DNA of 64,000 nucleotides, from NCBI GenBank assembly GCA_964604015.1, contig CAZRXF010000012.1:137955-201954 (forward strand), given 5' to 3'. Numbering within the stretch: the stretch's first letter is position 1; the number at the start of each line of letters is the position of its first letter. Both the position numbers and the translations under genes were made by a program. The notes under the pieces are model-generated. The model did not search any database. It had not been told where the DNA came from and worked only from the letters and a program-made list of their open reading frames with translations. Shown one piece after another: positions 48,702-59,000 of the stretch. This stretch comes from an uncultured Pseudomonadota bacterium (lineage in GTDB: Bacteria > Babelota > Babeliae > Babelales > CAIQNR01).

Positions 48702-51700
48702 TTAACCGTTAAACGTAAGTCCACCGCCTCCAGAATTGGTCGCCGAATTTTGAAGCAACAGGTTCAAATTGGCAAGTGAAGGTACCGGAGGTGCTGGTGG
48801 AAGTGGAGGAGGTGGTGGCAGCGGTGGAGGATTGAGCTGTGCGGCAAGGAGCGCTTTTTCAGCCGCTTGTTTTGCTGCTTGGTACGCATTTGTTTGTGCT
48901 TTGATTGCAGTGATGGTCTTTTTATCAAGAAATGGCTGATAGGTGCTGATTGTTTGAGGGAACGATCTACCAGAGGGGGTGAGTGCAATGGCTTTCCAGG
49001 ACGTGGAAGGAAGTCCATGTTGCGCATTACCCTGTGTTGTCAGAGCGTAGGCGGTTCCAGTTACCAAACTGATAGCGCAGTTAATGGTGTTGGTAGGGGA
49101 AAGTGGCATGAGCGGTTGTGAGAGCCCAGGAAGAGCGCCAGCAGGAAGAGTGACAAACACGAGGTAATCAAGACCGGAAAGATACTTGGTAAAGCTTGAG
49201 CAGGTGTAGACAAAAATATCTTTTTTGAGTGCAGAAATGACGCCGGTAAGTGTTGCGTTTTCAAAGATAAATGGCCCAACTTCCTGTGCGTAGAATGCTT
49301 GCGTAGCAGCGTTTATTTCTTTGATAAGTTGGGCAGGAACGGCACTGGTTTGTTGTTGGAATGCGGCAAGTGCATCAGGGTACGCAAGTTGGAGTACTCC
49401 TTGTTGGTTGTAACAGTTTCCGGTTACCAAGCTGATCAGTAGCGTTGTTGAATCGGTGATCGGTTGCCCAAGTTGTGCTGGAGAGTTGACCAAAGGAAGT
49501 CCGATAGTTGCAATGGCAGAAGAGCCAGGAGGATTTTGCAACGTTACCACAAAATCAGAAAGAGGGGCTTTTAAACCAAGGTTTGTTGAGGAAGTGCGAT
49601 ACACATACACTCCCTGCGCAACCGTGAGATCACTGTACGCCTCGAGATTCCAGGAGCCAAAGATTGGTTTGGTGTTCGTCTCAAGTGCTGAAAGCCATTC
49701 CTGTTCGCGTTGCAGTTCGGCAGCAGGAGAGGCAACGCCAGGAATGCCGGAAGGGAAGGTGGCAAGGAGGTTGTTCACAGTGTTGTTGGCAGTTTTGCGT
49801 GGTGCAGAAACAGTAACGGTTTGTTGTGGGGTAAGAATTTCATACTCAACAGCAGCGCCTGAAGTGATGATACCAAAAGAACCGGTGAAATTTTGTTGTG
49901 GTCGGTAGGTTGTTGGCATCATGAGTTTTTCGTACGGAATAATCATTGTATCTGGTAGCGATTGGATAGGCACGGTTTTGGTCCATGAAAGTGTTTGCTG
50001 ACCTTCTTTGGTGAATGTCACCTTGATTTCTCTTTCAAGCCGGGTGGCTGTCATCTGGTACCAGGCTCCTCGTTCAAACCACGGTTCTTCAGACGGTTGG
50101 TTATTTGCTGAAATAAATCCTTGTCCAAGATGTTGATACACACCAAGTGCCGGCCGGTGTGCAGTGCCGTTATTGCGGTAACAGACGAAGGCTTGGGCAA
50201 AGTAATCAAAGTTATAAAGATGGCGGTTAAGTGTTCTAAGAGGGTCCCATGCCTTGTCAAAACTTTGCGGGTCATACAAACCGTAGTCTTGCGTTACCTG
50301 CTCAAAATTTTGGTTGAGGAAGTTCAAGAATCCCGTATCAAGGTAGTTTTTGTTGAGGTAAATACCGATATAGAAATCTCCTGGAGTTTCGTAAATTACG
50401 CGCCAGCGCACTGTAACGGTGTTATTTAATGTTGTAAAGTTGGCCAGATCTTTTTGTGTAATAAAATGTTGGGTAAGGCTTGGTGTTGATGCTGAGGTAG
50501 AGAACGTGTTGGTCGCTTGTTCTCGTGTTTCAAGCGGTGCTGGTAAGGTTGCAATTTCTTGAGCAAAGGTTCCTCGTTGTGCGTTATAGAGACGAAGTCC
50601 CTGCGAAGGATTAAGATCCATACGTCCCGTTTTGATACCGTAGGTGTACCCAGGGTCAGCGGGAAGAATTCCCGTTTGTGGGTAGTTGGTAGTGTCTGGT
50701 GTGGAAAGCACATTGTAGAACGAACCTTGCTGATATGCCTGCAGTGCACGTGTCGCATTGAGGGAGTTGTTTACATAGTTTTCATAATAGACAAGACCGC
50801 GATCTGCGTTGATAACCTGTTCTTGGAGGCGAAGTGCCGTTTCTTGAGCAAGACTACTTTGCAAAGCTGCTTGTGCGGGGCCACTTTCTTGGACGTATTG
50901 GCTAAAGTCGGCAAGGTATGCCTCCTGCGTCTGAATTTCTGACATGCTATCCATGTCCTGTTGGTTAGCGCCGATTAAACTTGGGACCATCATACCGGCG
51001 GTCATGATTGCCATGAAAATTGCTGCTTCTGGGCCCGCTGCTCCGAGGGTAACCACAGTTACCACAACCATCAACACGGCACCAACGATGGCTGAAATGA
51101 GGCGACGATGAGCGTTCATGTCATGGCGTACTGACTCCATGGCGTCTTTTGCATCTTTAGGACTGAAAGTTACAAGAAGAACCCCAAATGCGGTGAATGC
51201 TTCAGCAAGGTCGGTGACAATGTCCGTGAGTGCGGCAACAAGATATCCAACTCCCACCATCAAATTTTTAAGAGCATCGGTGAAGAATTTACCAAGAATA
51301 CTGACACCATTCAGAACGGAAGTGACAAGGTCTTGAGCAAATTGATTCCAAACACTTCCGACTGCGTTGATATCTCCCGTCAAAGCGCCAACTGCCGTGG
51401 TTGCAAGAACTAAAATAGCTTCCCTTGTTAATTTAAAGTAGTCGCCAACTCCTTCGATGATAAAATCTGCTGCATCTCCTACTGCGTCTAGAACGAGATC
51501 TGTAACTGTGTCAAAGAGTCCCGACAGGTCATCACCCAATTGTGGATCTTGTGTGATGGTCGCAACAACTTTACCAAGTACGCTGCCAACAACTGCAAGG
51601 CCCGCTTCACTAATTGATACAAGTTCATTGGTGAGTTTCTGGCATTCTGCAATGCCTTCATCCATGTACTTACCAAATTGAGCGGTTGCCCATGCCATGT

Positions 51701-53396
51701 CATTTGCCGCAGTGGTAAGTCCATACCCAACGTCTTCAAAACCGGTGGCAATGTCATCTCCGGCATTTTCGATGCCAGATGCCGTTTGGTGTGCAATATA
51801 CACAACGCCGTTTTCAAAGAATGAGAGCCCCGTTTGAACGAAATGGCCAAATTTTTTATCGAGATTAACAATAAAATTGCCAGCAGTTTTGATGGCATGC
51901 CAGAGGACACCACCTACTTTTTCAAATCCCTTCTTTAAGATGTGGCTTAACCGTTCAAATGCATCTTTAATGTCATCCCACAAACTTGAAAAGAACCCTG
52001 CAGGAGCAGCAGAACCACCATTGGGGTTAGTGAGTACAAGCGGTGTGAGTGTATTGATGTCTTCCAGATAGAGCTGGTCCTCAGGTTGATAGAAAATAAG
52101 GTTAGGAAAGACGGAAAGATCGGTTCTTTTTTGCAAAGAATTGAGTCGTTGCATGGTGTCTGCAAGGTTTGCCTGATTAAAAAGATAGGAATTGTTTTGA
52201 TTGAGTAAATTAATGGCGGTAAAGGCAAGAAGCTCAACAAACAAAGGAGTGGGCATGTGGCCATTTCCATCAGGGTTTTCGATAAATAATTTTTTGAAAT
52301 TTTTTGTAGGAATCAATCCTGGGTAGGGATCTCCCTTTGGGGGGGTAATAGTTCCTTCAGTGAGCAAGAAGGTACCAAATGACGTAAGAGCAGGTACGTT
52401 ATCAGTAATGAGAAAGAGTGGGTCCATGCCAAGAGCAGGAGTAACAGTTGGCGATGCTTCTTGTGTGCAAGAAAGGTAGTTCTGGTAGCCACGGGGAACG
52501 ACGGGTCCTGTTTTTGTAGTAATCAAAGCAAAATGCTCAAGAGGTGTGGTTTCTGTTTTGACAGAGATCATTTCAAACTGCTTTGCAAACTGATAAAAAT
52601 CTCTCTGCTTGAACGTTTCTATGGCTTCGTAAAGTTCTGCTGGATCAGTAATATTTCGCCAGTCGGTGCAATGAGGGAGAACTCGTTGACGCAAAATATC
52701 GGTCATGACAAGAAAGATGCGTACGTATTCAGCATCGTTTCTGAGTTTTACATAAATATCGCTGTAGTACGCTGTTTCAAACTGTGGGATGAAGGTGAAC
52801 ATTTTAATTTCATCTTGGTTGATGTTCCCTAAAAGTTGGAGTTCGTAAGAAAACGAATTTGCAAGGAAGATCTTGAGGTGGTTCTGCCAGATTTTTGTTT
52901 GTCTGCACAGGTCAACGATGTTGGGCGCAAGGCTAGCTGCCTGCGTATCTTTCAGTTTATTAAGATTTTTGAGAGTAGCTTGCCAGGTTGTCATGCCGAC
53001 TTTGTCATTATAATGTTGTGCCTGCTCAAGTTGTTCTGTTGCATTTTCAAGAGCAGAAAGGAGGGGAATCTTTTTTTTGCCTTGTGGTACGTACACGGTT
53101 GCAAGATGTTCGTTTACGGCCGTTTGCTTAAGGAATGCATAAAATCTTCGTAATGAATCTAAAAAAGTGGGAGGAAGGCCAAGGGTTGTTTCATAGACCA
53201 ACGTGACAGCTTCATCAATGTTATTCAGAGAAGGATAGGTAGTTGCAGGGTCAGGAAAGATGGACAGAAAGAGATTAATCTGGGATTGTGCATTTTTTTC
53301 TTGAGTAAGTTTTTCGACAAAAGATGAGGGCTCACTACTTGCCTGGAGCGAAGGGGCAGCTGCGAGGAGCATCAGAAAAAAAAGAGAAATAATCAT
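48702..53396 (-). CDS. Giant exported ORFan protein (1564 aa) with central amphipathic/hydrophobic region, TM hairpin and polyproline C-terminus
   Basis: Uninterrupted 4.7-kb ORF. ATGA overlap with the upstream gene, and an AGGAGGA SD lies inside the upstream tail codons. Signal peptide MIISLFFLMLLAAAPSLQA. No known domain recognised. Confidence 0.75.
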   Translation of the reverse strand: MIISLFFLMLLAAAPSLQASSEPSSFVEKLTQEKNAQSQINLFLSIFPDPATTYPSLNNIDEAVTLVYETTLGLPPTFLDSLRRFYAFLKQTAVNEHLATVYVPQGKKKIPLLSALENATEQLEQAQHYNDKVGMTTWQATLKNLNKLKDTQAASLAPNIVDLCRQTKIWQNHLKIFLANSFSYELQLLGNINQDEIKMFTFIPQFETAYYSDIYVKLRNDAEYVRIFLVMTDILRQRVLPHCTDWRNITDPAELYEAIETFKQRDFYQFAKQFEMISVKTETTPLEHFALITTKTGPVVPRGYQNYLSCTQEASPTVTPALGMDPLFLITDNVPALTSFGTFLLTEGTITPPKGDPYPGLIPTKNFKKLFIENPDGNGHMPTPLFVELLAFTAINLLNQNNSYLFNQANLADTMQRLNSLQKRTDLSVFPNLIFYQPEDQLYLEDINTLTPLVLTNPNGGSAAPAGFFSSLWDDIKDAFERLSHILKKGFEKVGGVLWHAIKTAGNFIVNLDKKFGHFVQTGLSFFENGVVYIAHQTASGIENAGDDIATGFEDVGYGLTTAANDMAWATAQFGKYMDEGIAECQKLTNELVSISEAGLAVVGSVLGKVVATITQDPQLGDDLSGLFDTVTDLVLDAVGDAADFIIEGVGDYFKLTREAILVLATTAVGALTGDINAVGSVWNQFAQDLVTSVLNGVSILGKFFTDALKNLMVGVGYLVAALTDIVTDLAEAFTAFGVLLVTFSPKDAKDAMESVRHDMNAHRRLISAIVGAVLMVVVTVVTLGAAGPEAAIFMAIMTAGMMVPSLIGANQQDMDSMSEIQTQEAYLADFSQYVQESGPAQAALQSSLAQETALRLQEQVINADRGLVYYENYVNNSLNATRALQAYQQGSFYNVLSTPDTTNYPQTGILPADPGYTYGIKTGRMDLNPSQGLRLYNAQRGTFAQEIATLPAPLETREQATNTFSTSASTPSLTQHFITQKDLANFTTLNNTVTVRWRVIYETPGDFYIGIYLNKNYLDTGFLNFLNQNFEQVTQDYGLYDPQSFDKAWDPLRTLNRHLYNFDYFAQAFVCYRNNGTAHRPALGVYQHLGQGFISANNQPSEEPWFERGAWYQMTATRLEREIKVTFTKEGQQTLSWTKTVPIQSLPDTMIIPYEKLMMPTTYRPQQNFTGSFGIITSGAAVEYEILTPQQTVTVSAPRKTANNTVNNLLATFPSGIPGVASPAAELQREQEWLSALETNTKPIFGSWNLEAYSDLTVAQGVYVYRTSSTNLGLKAPLSDFVVTLQNPPGSSAIATIGLPLVNSPAQLGQPITDSTTLLISLVTGNCYNQQGVLQLAYPDALAAFQQQTSAVPAQLIKEINAATQAFYAQEVGPFIFENATLTGVISALKKDIFVYTCSSFTKYLSGLDYLVFVTLPAGALPGLSQPLMPLSPTNTINCAISLVTGTAYALTTQGNAQHGLPSTSWKAIALTPSGRSFPQTISTYQPFLDKKTITAIKAQTNAYQAAKQAAEKALLAAQLNPPPLPPPPPLPPAPPVPSLANLNLLLQNSATNSGGGGLTFNG

Positions 53397-56047
53397 GAAG
53401 AAGATCCTCCTGAGGTAGTGAGAGCTCGTACGGCTTGTTGTTGAGCGTCAGAAAGACGTAATGCCTGAGGCTGTAGAATGGTAAATTGCGCAGAACAACC
53501 AGGTGCGGTAAATCCTATGTTGTGATAGATGAAGAACACGCGATTAAGGTTTTGGATGTGATTGATTCCTGAGGTGCCTGGGGTGTTGGCAGATGGTGAA
53601 GAAGGCTGTCCTGTAGGAAACAGAACGGTGCCATCTTTGGTGCTAATGGTAAGCGTCACGTTGTTAGCCTCATTTTGAATGGTCAAAATGTAAGGGGTGC
53701 CAACAGGAAGAGCTGGAATGGTAGCGATTGGATTAGGAACGGCTGTAGTGCCACCTTCTTGGGCAAGAATGTCGATAGTTGGGTTTAAGATCTGATAGGC
53801 AGGCCAGATGGCGTTCAAGCCTGCAATATTCTTATCAGCAAGTTGGTCTTGTGCTGCATTTGTTGCACTTTGATAAAACGTTTCTGCAAAGCCGACATTG
53901 TACGTTCCAGGTTTTTGATGAGGGAGTGAGTAGATGCACAAAAGTCGATGTTGATGATGAAGATCAAGAATCCCAGGGATCCATCGAGCTCCATTGAACA
54001 TGACTCCCATCATGAAGGGAGTAGATGGTTTTGCAAGTAAGGTACATTCAATTGAGATCGTGTATGATTCGATACCGCTCTTGGTGCGTTCAATAGGAGG
54101 GATGTAGTCGGTGAAGATACTATTTTGTACGGCAATTGTTGGATCTCCATTGGGGTAATTTTGATTGGCAAAAGGTTGGTTGGTGTACTGCACAAAGCTC
54201 GTTACAGGGCCTTGGGTGGTACCGGAGTAATCAGTAGAGCAAAATTGCCAATTTCCTGATCGGTACGGGTTGTACCAACTATTTTTTAGACCGTTTGACA
54301 GAAATGGATCGTAGGAACGGATAACTTGTTGCACTACCATTGGAGAAAGATAGAACAGTTGATCTTCTTGCAAGGCGTTTATGAAGAAGACCTGCTTGAC
54401 GGTGGCGCTTGTAAGAGCCTGTGTAATAAATGCTTGCTCGAGGGTGAAAAGAGAAGGCATCAATCCTCTGATGACAACTGTACCGTCACTTGTCGGTTGT
54501 AGACACAGTTGTTCGGCAATGAGCCCAATTTTTGAAGAAAAATCCGCATCAATGCGAGCCATGGTGTTGCTTTGTTGCGTGGCTAGCGCAGAAAAATAGT
54601 GATTGAGATTAGTCATGAGCGTTGTACGTTGTTGTGAAAGTGATGCGAAGGTAAGAGCATCTTGGGCACTTTGCCATGATGCGACAAGCTGGGCACCCAT
54701 AGAAACCTCACTTTGCAGGATGAGCATGAGAGCCATTTTCCCAAATTCTTTAAGAGTGAATGTTTTTTTTGCCCATGCTTTAAAGCGCGCTCCCAGTGTT
54801 TTAGGTGCCTCTTCGGCAGCTTTTTCTCCTGATTTTGGTGTTGTCTGAAGTGCTTGGTCACCCGTCTGAGTAATTGACTGCCCCTCTTCTACGGCAGCGG
54901 AGTTTCCTGCATCTTCCGCTGCACCTTGTGCTGCTAGGTCTCCCTCTGCTCCTGCCCCTCCTTGTGCTACTCCTAATGTTTGAAGACTTTCTTGCGTGGT
55001 CCGTGCGGCACCTTGTGCGGTAGCGGTAACGGTTTCTTGAGCAGCGGCTAAGGCTGCCGTAGCAGTTGATTCTGTTGTAAGACTTTCTGTTGTGGCGGCA
55101 AGTGCTCGCCCTGCAGCGCCGGCAGTTTGTGCAAGGACATTTGCAGAAGCATCGCCGACAGTTTCTGCCAGCCCCTTAGCTGCTGCTGCGGTCGCATTTG
55201 CTAGTGCTTCTCCCAAAGCTTCCCCTGCTTCGGCAAGAGCTTCTGTTGCAGCTTTACCTGCAGCACTTACTACTGCGACAGTGGCAGCACCAACAGCCTC
55301 TCCTCCTGCGGCAGCTGCATCTGCGAGTGCTTCACTGGCTGCGGCTGCCGCATCGGCAAGCACTTCACCAGCGGCTGCAAAAATTCCTGCCTGTGGGTAG
55401 GCGTTTCCTTGCAACTGTTTTACTCCATTTAAAAGCCGGTGACGATATCGTGGATAATCCCAAAAACGGATGATGAGAGGAATGTCATAACGGTTATGTC
55501 CGACAAGAAGGAGCAGCGTTTTTTTGTGATTGGTCAGAATTTCATCTCGTTCTATTTCAGTGTATTTGACAAGATCATGGGCAAGAGTCTGAATGGGCGT
55601 GCGATAGCTTTTGAAGGGGGAAATAAAGAAGGCGATGGTGCGATACCAGGCATTTTTGATCCACCCCAGGTACTGCTGAGTTTGGGGCATTTCTTGTTTG
55701 ATAAGACGTGCAACTCGTTCAAAGTGATCACGTTGTACGGTAAGGACACTCAGGAAATAGTCGATATATGATTGCGCATCAGGGGGAGCAGTGGCCAGTT
55801 GTGCTTCTTTGTGTTCAATTTCTTGAGTAAGTGAGGTAGCTGCTTGTGTGCAAGCGCGCATCTGTTCATAAGGAGTTGTGTGGGCAAGTTCGGAAAAGAG
55901 GTCTTCTACAAAATGATACGAGACTAATGAAAGTTCGGTGCCTGTAGGTCCGAAGGTATGTTCTACGATCTTTTGTGTATCAAGCGAGCGAAGAGCTGCT
56001 GGTAGGCAGGAAAAAACAAGAAAAAAGAGACATTGTTTTTTTGTCAT
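53393..56047 (-). CDS. Giant exported ORFan protein (884 aa) with Ala-rich EALA-type central segment
   Basis: Uninterrupted 2.65-kb ORF with ATGA overlaps at both ends. Signal peptide MTKKQCLFFLVFSCLPAALRS. No known domain recognised. Confidence 0.75.
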   Translation of the reverse strand: MTKKQCLFFLVFSCLPAALRSLDTQKIVEHTFGPTGTELSLVSYHFVEDLFSELAHTTPYEQMRACTQAATSLTQEIEHKEAQLATAPPDAQSYIDYFLSVLTVQRDHFERVARLIKQEMPQTQQYLGWIKNAWYRTIAFFISPFKSYRTPIQTLAHDLVKYTEIERDEILTNHKKTLLLLVGHNRYDIPLIIRFWDYPRYRHRLLNGVKQLQGNAYPQAGIFAAAGEVLADAAAAASEALADAAAAGGEAVGAATVAVVSAAGKAATEALAEAGEALGEALANATAAAAKGLAETVGDASANVLAQTAGAAGRALAATTESLTTESTATAALAAAQETVTATAQGAARTTQESLQTLGVAQGGAGAEGDLAAQGAAEDAGNSAAVEEGQSITQTGDQALQTTPKSGEKAAEEAPKTLGARFKAWAKKTFTLKEFGKMALMLILQSEVSMGAQLVASWQSAQDALTFASLSQQRTTLMTNLNHYFSALATQQSNTMARIDADFSSKIGLIAEQLCLQPTSDGTVVIRGLMPSLFTLEQAFITQALTSATVKQVFFINALQEDQLFYLSPMVVQQVIRSYDPFLSNGLKNSWYNPYRSGNWQFCSTDYSGTTQGPVTSFVQYTNQPFANQNYPNGDPTIAVQNSIFTDYIPPIERTKSGIESYTISIECTLLAKPSTPFMMGVMFNGARWIPGILDLHHQHRLLCIYSLPHQKPGTYNVGFAETFYQSATNAAQDQLADKNIAGLNAIWPAYQILNPTIDILAQEGGTTAVPNPIATIPALPVGTPYILTIQNEANNVTLTISTKDGTVLFPTGQPSSPSANTPGTSGINHIQNLNRVFFIYHNIGFTAPGCSAQFTILQPQALRLSDAQQQAVRALTTSGGSSS

Positions 56048-59000
56048 TGTCCTCCTCCTGCTGTGGTAACGGTGGTACCCAATGCTTGTGATGCAGCTGT
56101 TGGTGCAAGAGGACTTTGTTGCGCCTCGAGCATGGCGGTCTTTTCTTTAAGGTAGGCACTGCAGGTAGGAATCTTGCTCGTGATACGTGTTTGGGCTACT
56201 GATTGGAGTTTGGCATCATCGGTTAATGCAAGGGCGGAACTGAAAATAATCGTGAGACAGGGGTCAAAAATATCAAGATCAAGAAGCGCCTGGAAGTCGC
56301 CCAGGCAGCCTCGTAGGAGCGTGACAACTCCTGCCTTGTCGCTTGGAATGGCTCCTGCTTGTGGGGTTCCTGAAGCCGCTCCTGATTTATTGAGCCATGC
56401 CGGTTGAGCAATGATTGGTTGTTCATAAAGGCGGATGGTCATTGCTCCGCTCGGGTCTTTTCCAAAAATAGGAATGTTCATATAAAACCCAGTTATTCCA
56501 TCTTTGGGAAGATTGTTCGGTTCATAGAGATACGAGGTACCTTTTGATGAGGTGACCGCTACTTTTTTAACCCAGCTTGGAAGAATGCCTGTTACTTCTG
56601 TGGTGGCATCTGGGGCTTCTAAGAAGAAGAATTTTTGATACGCAAATGACCCAATCGATTGCAAGTTGGTAACTGTTTGACCAGTCAGAGGATCAAGAGC
56701 GGTTCCGTTTGGCGATACGGTCTGTTCAATCCCAAATGTTGGGTAGGGGGCAACGCTACTGTTTTCAACTTCGGCAGCAAGTTTTGGAAGAAGACGAACT
56801 CCTCTAAATGTTGCAGGATCATAGAAAAAGAGTGGCGGGTTTGCTTGTTCAAGGAGCTTTGCAATCGAATCATTAGAAGAACTTTCGTACTGCAATGCTG
56901 TGCGGATGGCATGCGCATAGTCTGCGAACTGTGTCAGGCCAACATAGGAAGGATTGTTTGGTGTGTTGGAAATGTTCTGCAGTGTGCGGGCGTAAAGATT
57001 AAAGAAAGTGAGATATTCCTTAAGAACAGCTAAGAACGCCTTGCGCATGGCACTGAAATTATTGTGTGAGCTGATGACAGCAGCAACCGTTTGAAGAGCA
57101 TTTTCAGTTGGATCTGAGATGTTGAGATTCGGTTTATATGCCTTTTGTTGAGAAAGTACTTTTGTTTTGTACGAAGTAAGCGTAGTTGCAAGAGCGGTTC
57201 GCGTTGGTGCATTAATTTGGTTAAACAGAAAGTTTGGCTGATTAATAATCGGGAGTGCATCTTGAAAGAGGGCGACGTTTTGAGGAGAAAGAGATGCGGT
57301 AAAGTTTGTTACCAGTTTGTCTTGGAATTGGCGCTTTTTAATCAGAAGAAGAATGTTCAGAAATGAGGTTCCATTCAGTGTTGAAACGCGTGGTTTTGCT
57401 GTCGAAGGTGGCGTGACTCCTTTTTGAGAAGGTGCCTGAGGAACAGTGAAAAGTTTAAGAAGTGCTGTGCGCGGGTCCATCCATTTTGCTTTTTCACTTG
57501 GTGCCTTGATTTCAGTCAGTATTTTGAAAGAAACGGGGCCGGTTGTTGCTTCAAGGGCAGCGTCAAGAGCGTTCAATGTTTCGTATTGAGACGGAGTGAT
57601 ACTTGAGCAAAGTGCTTGCGTATCACCTGGATTTTGCCCAAACAAGAATCGTAACGAAGAAGATTCCTGGCGGTGTGATTGAAGCCGTGTCTCGTAGACT
57701 TGATCGAAGGTCTGGAAGAGCTGCAAAACAAGAATTTGTTCTTCGGTTGTTAATTGATTGAAGGAAGTAAAGCTAGGCGATTGGATAACCTGAAGTGCTT
57801 GCATGATGTCATTCTGTTGCTGTTGTTCTGACTGTGAGGGGTTGGCTGTAGTTAAGGTGCTTTGTACTTGGACCCCAAAATCAGCAGCGGTCAAAGGAGC
57901 AAGCGTGTAGGAACTGAAAGCGACAAGAGCTTGTTGGAGTGCCGTTGCTTGTTGCGCTGTAAGACTGCTTGCAGAAAGAGGATTTTCTTTCAAAGGAAGG
58001 GCAATCGATTGGAATAATTGCATTTGTGCTGTTGAAAAAGTTGTGTTTGCGGCGTTGTTGCTTGCGACCCATAGCGCATAGGAAAGGTCTGCTCGTTGTG
58101 TGTCAGTAAGATTTTCAAGAGCAAGTTGTGTGGTATAGGGAGGTTGTCCCAACATACGAAGAGCAATGTCTTTTGCCGCCAGAGCTTGTGAGGGGGTAAG
58201 TACTTGGTAGGTTGGGTTAAGTTTTCCCAGGATTTCGACCACTTGAGCAAGCTCCTGAACAGTGGTGGCCTCATACTGTTCAAGAATGTACGCGAGAATA
58301 CTCTTGAGTCCTTGGCGTTCTTCGGCTGTAAGCGGTGTGGCACTTGGTGTTGTTTCTTGTAAGAGCTGTGCGTAATTCTGTGCAAGAGAAATGTAGCGTG
58401 TGAGTGGTTCTCCAAGAGAAAATTGAGTAACCAAAGAACCAAGAAGTTGTGTTTGATCCGATGATGGGGTTGCTGTTTCTGGGTTGGTAAGGTACGAGAC
58501 AAGAGCATCAACATTGGCAGTTGTTGCTTGAGCTGTAATGTAAGCAAGAATCGAGTAAATGGTCTGTGAAAGTGCGCGAGCTTGGGGTGGGGTCAGATTT
58601 TTGACTGAGAAATTTGTGGAGGTCAAAAGAGTGAGCGCAGCAGTTAAATCGGGTGTTTCCGTGATGCCAAGAACAGGCATGTATTTTCTGATCCCAAGGT
58701 ATGCAAGAGAGGTCAGAGAAGTATCAAGTTGTTCAAGCCCGAGGACAGCGAGCACTGACTTTTCTATATCGAGAATAAAAATATTTGGGTCGCTCATCTG
58801 ATCAGATTGGATACAACGCATTCCCGTGGATATGGCTGAACTTTCAGCAAGACCCGGTAGCAAGGATCTGATAGCTTGCCCCAGTTGTGCCATAACAACG
58901 TTGACCAGATGGTTGACGATGAGTGTCTTCTTATTGAGGGCGTACTGTTTTTCGGTGACCATGTATGACTTCAGATCGTCAATGTGTGTCATGTTTAACG

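Noticed and set aside
48489-48724. ORFs 48489-48698, 48508-48693 and 48530-48724, and the analogous 38844-39122, 38895-39080 and 38933-39118
   Set aside because: Same reason: overlapping frames on both strands within the foldback repeat arms, so not credible genes.
55092-55473. Plus-strand Ala-rich ORFs 55092-55400 and 55198-55473
   Set aside because: They are antisense to the GCN-rich Ala segment of the 884-aa protein. GCN codons read as Ala/Ser/Cys-rich on the opposite strand, so this is an artefact.
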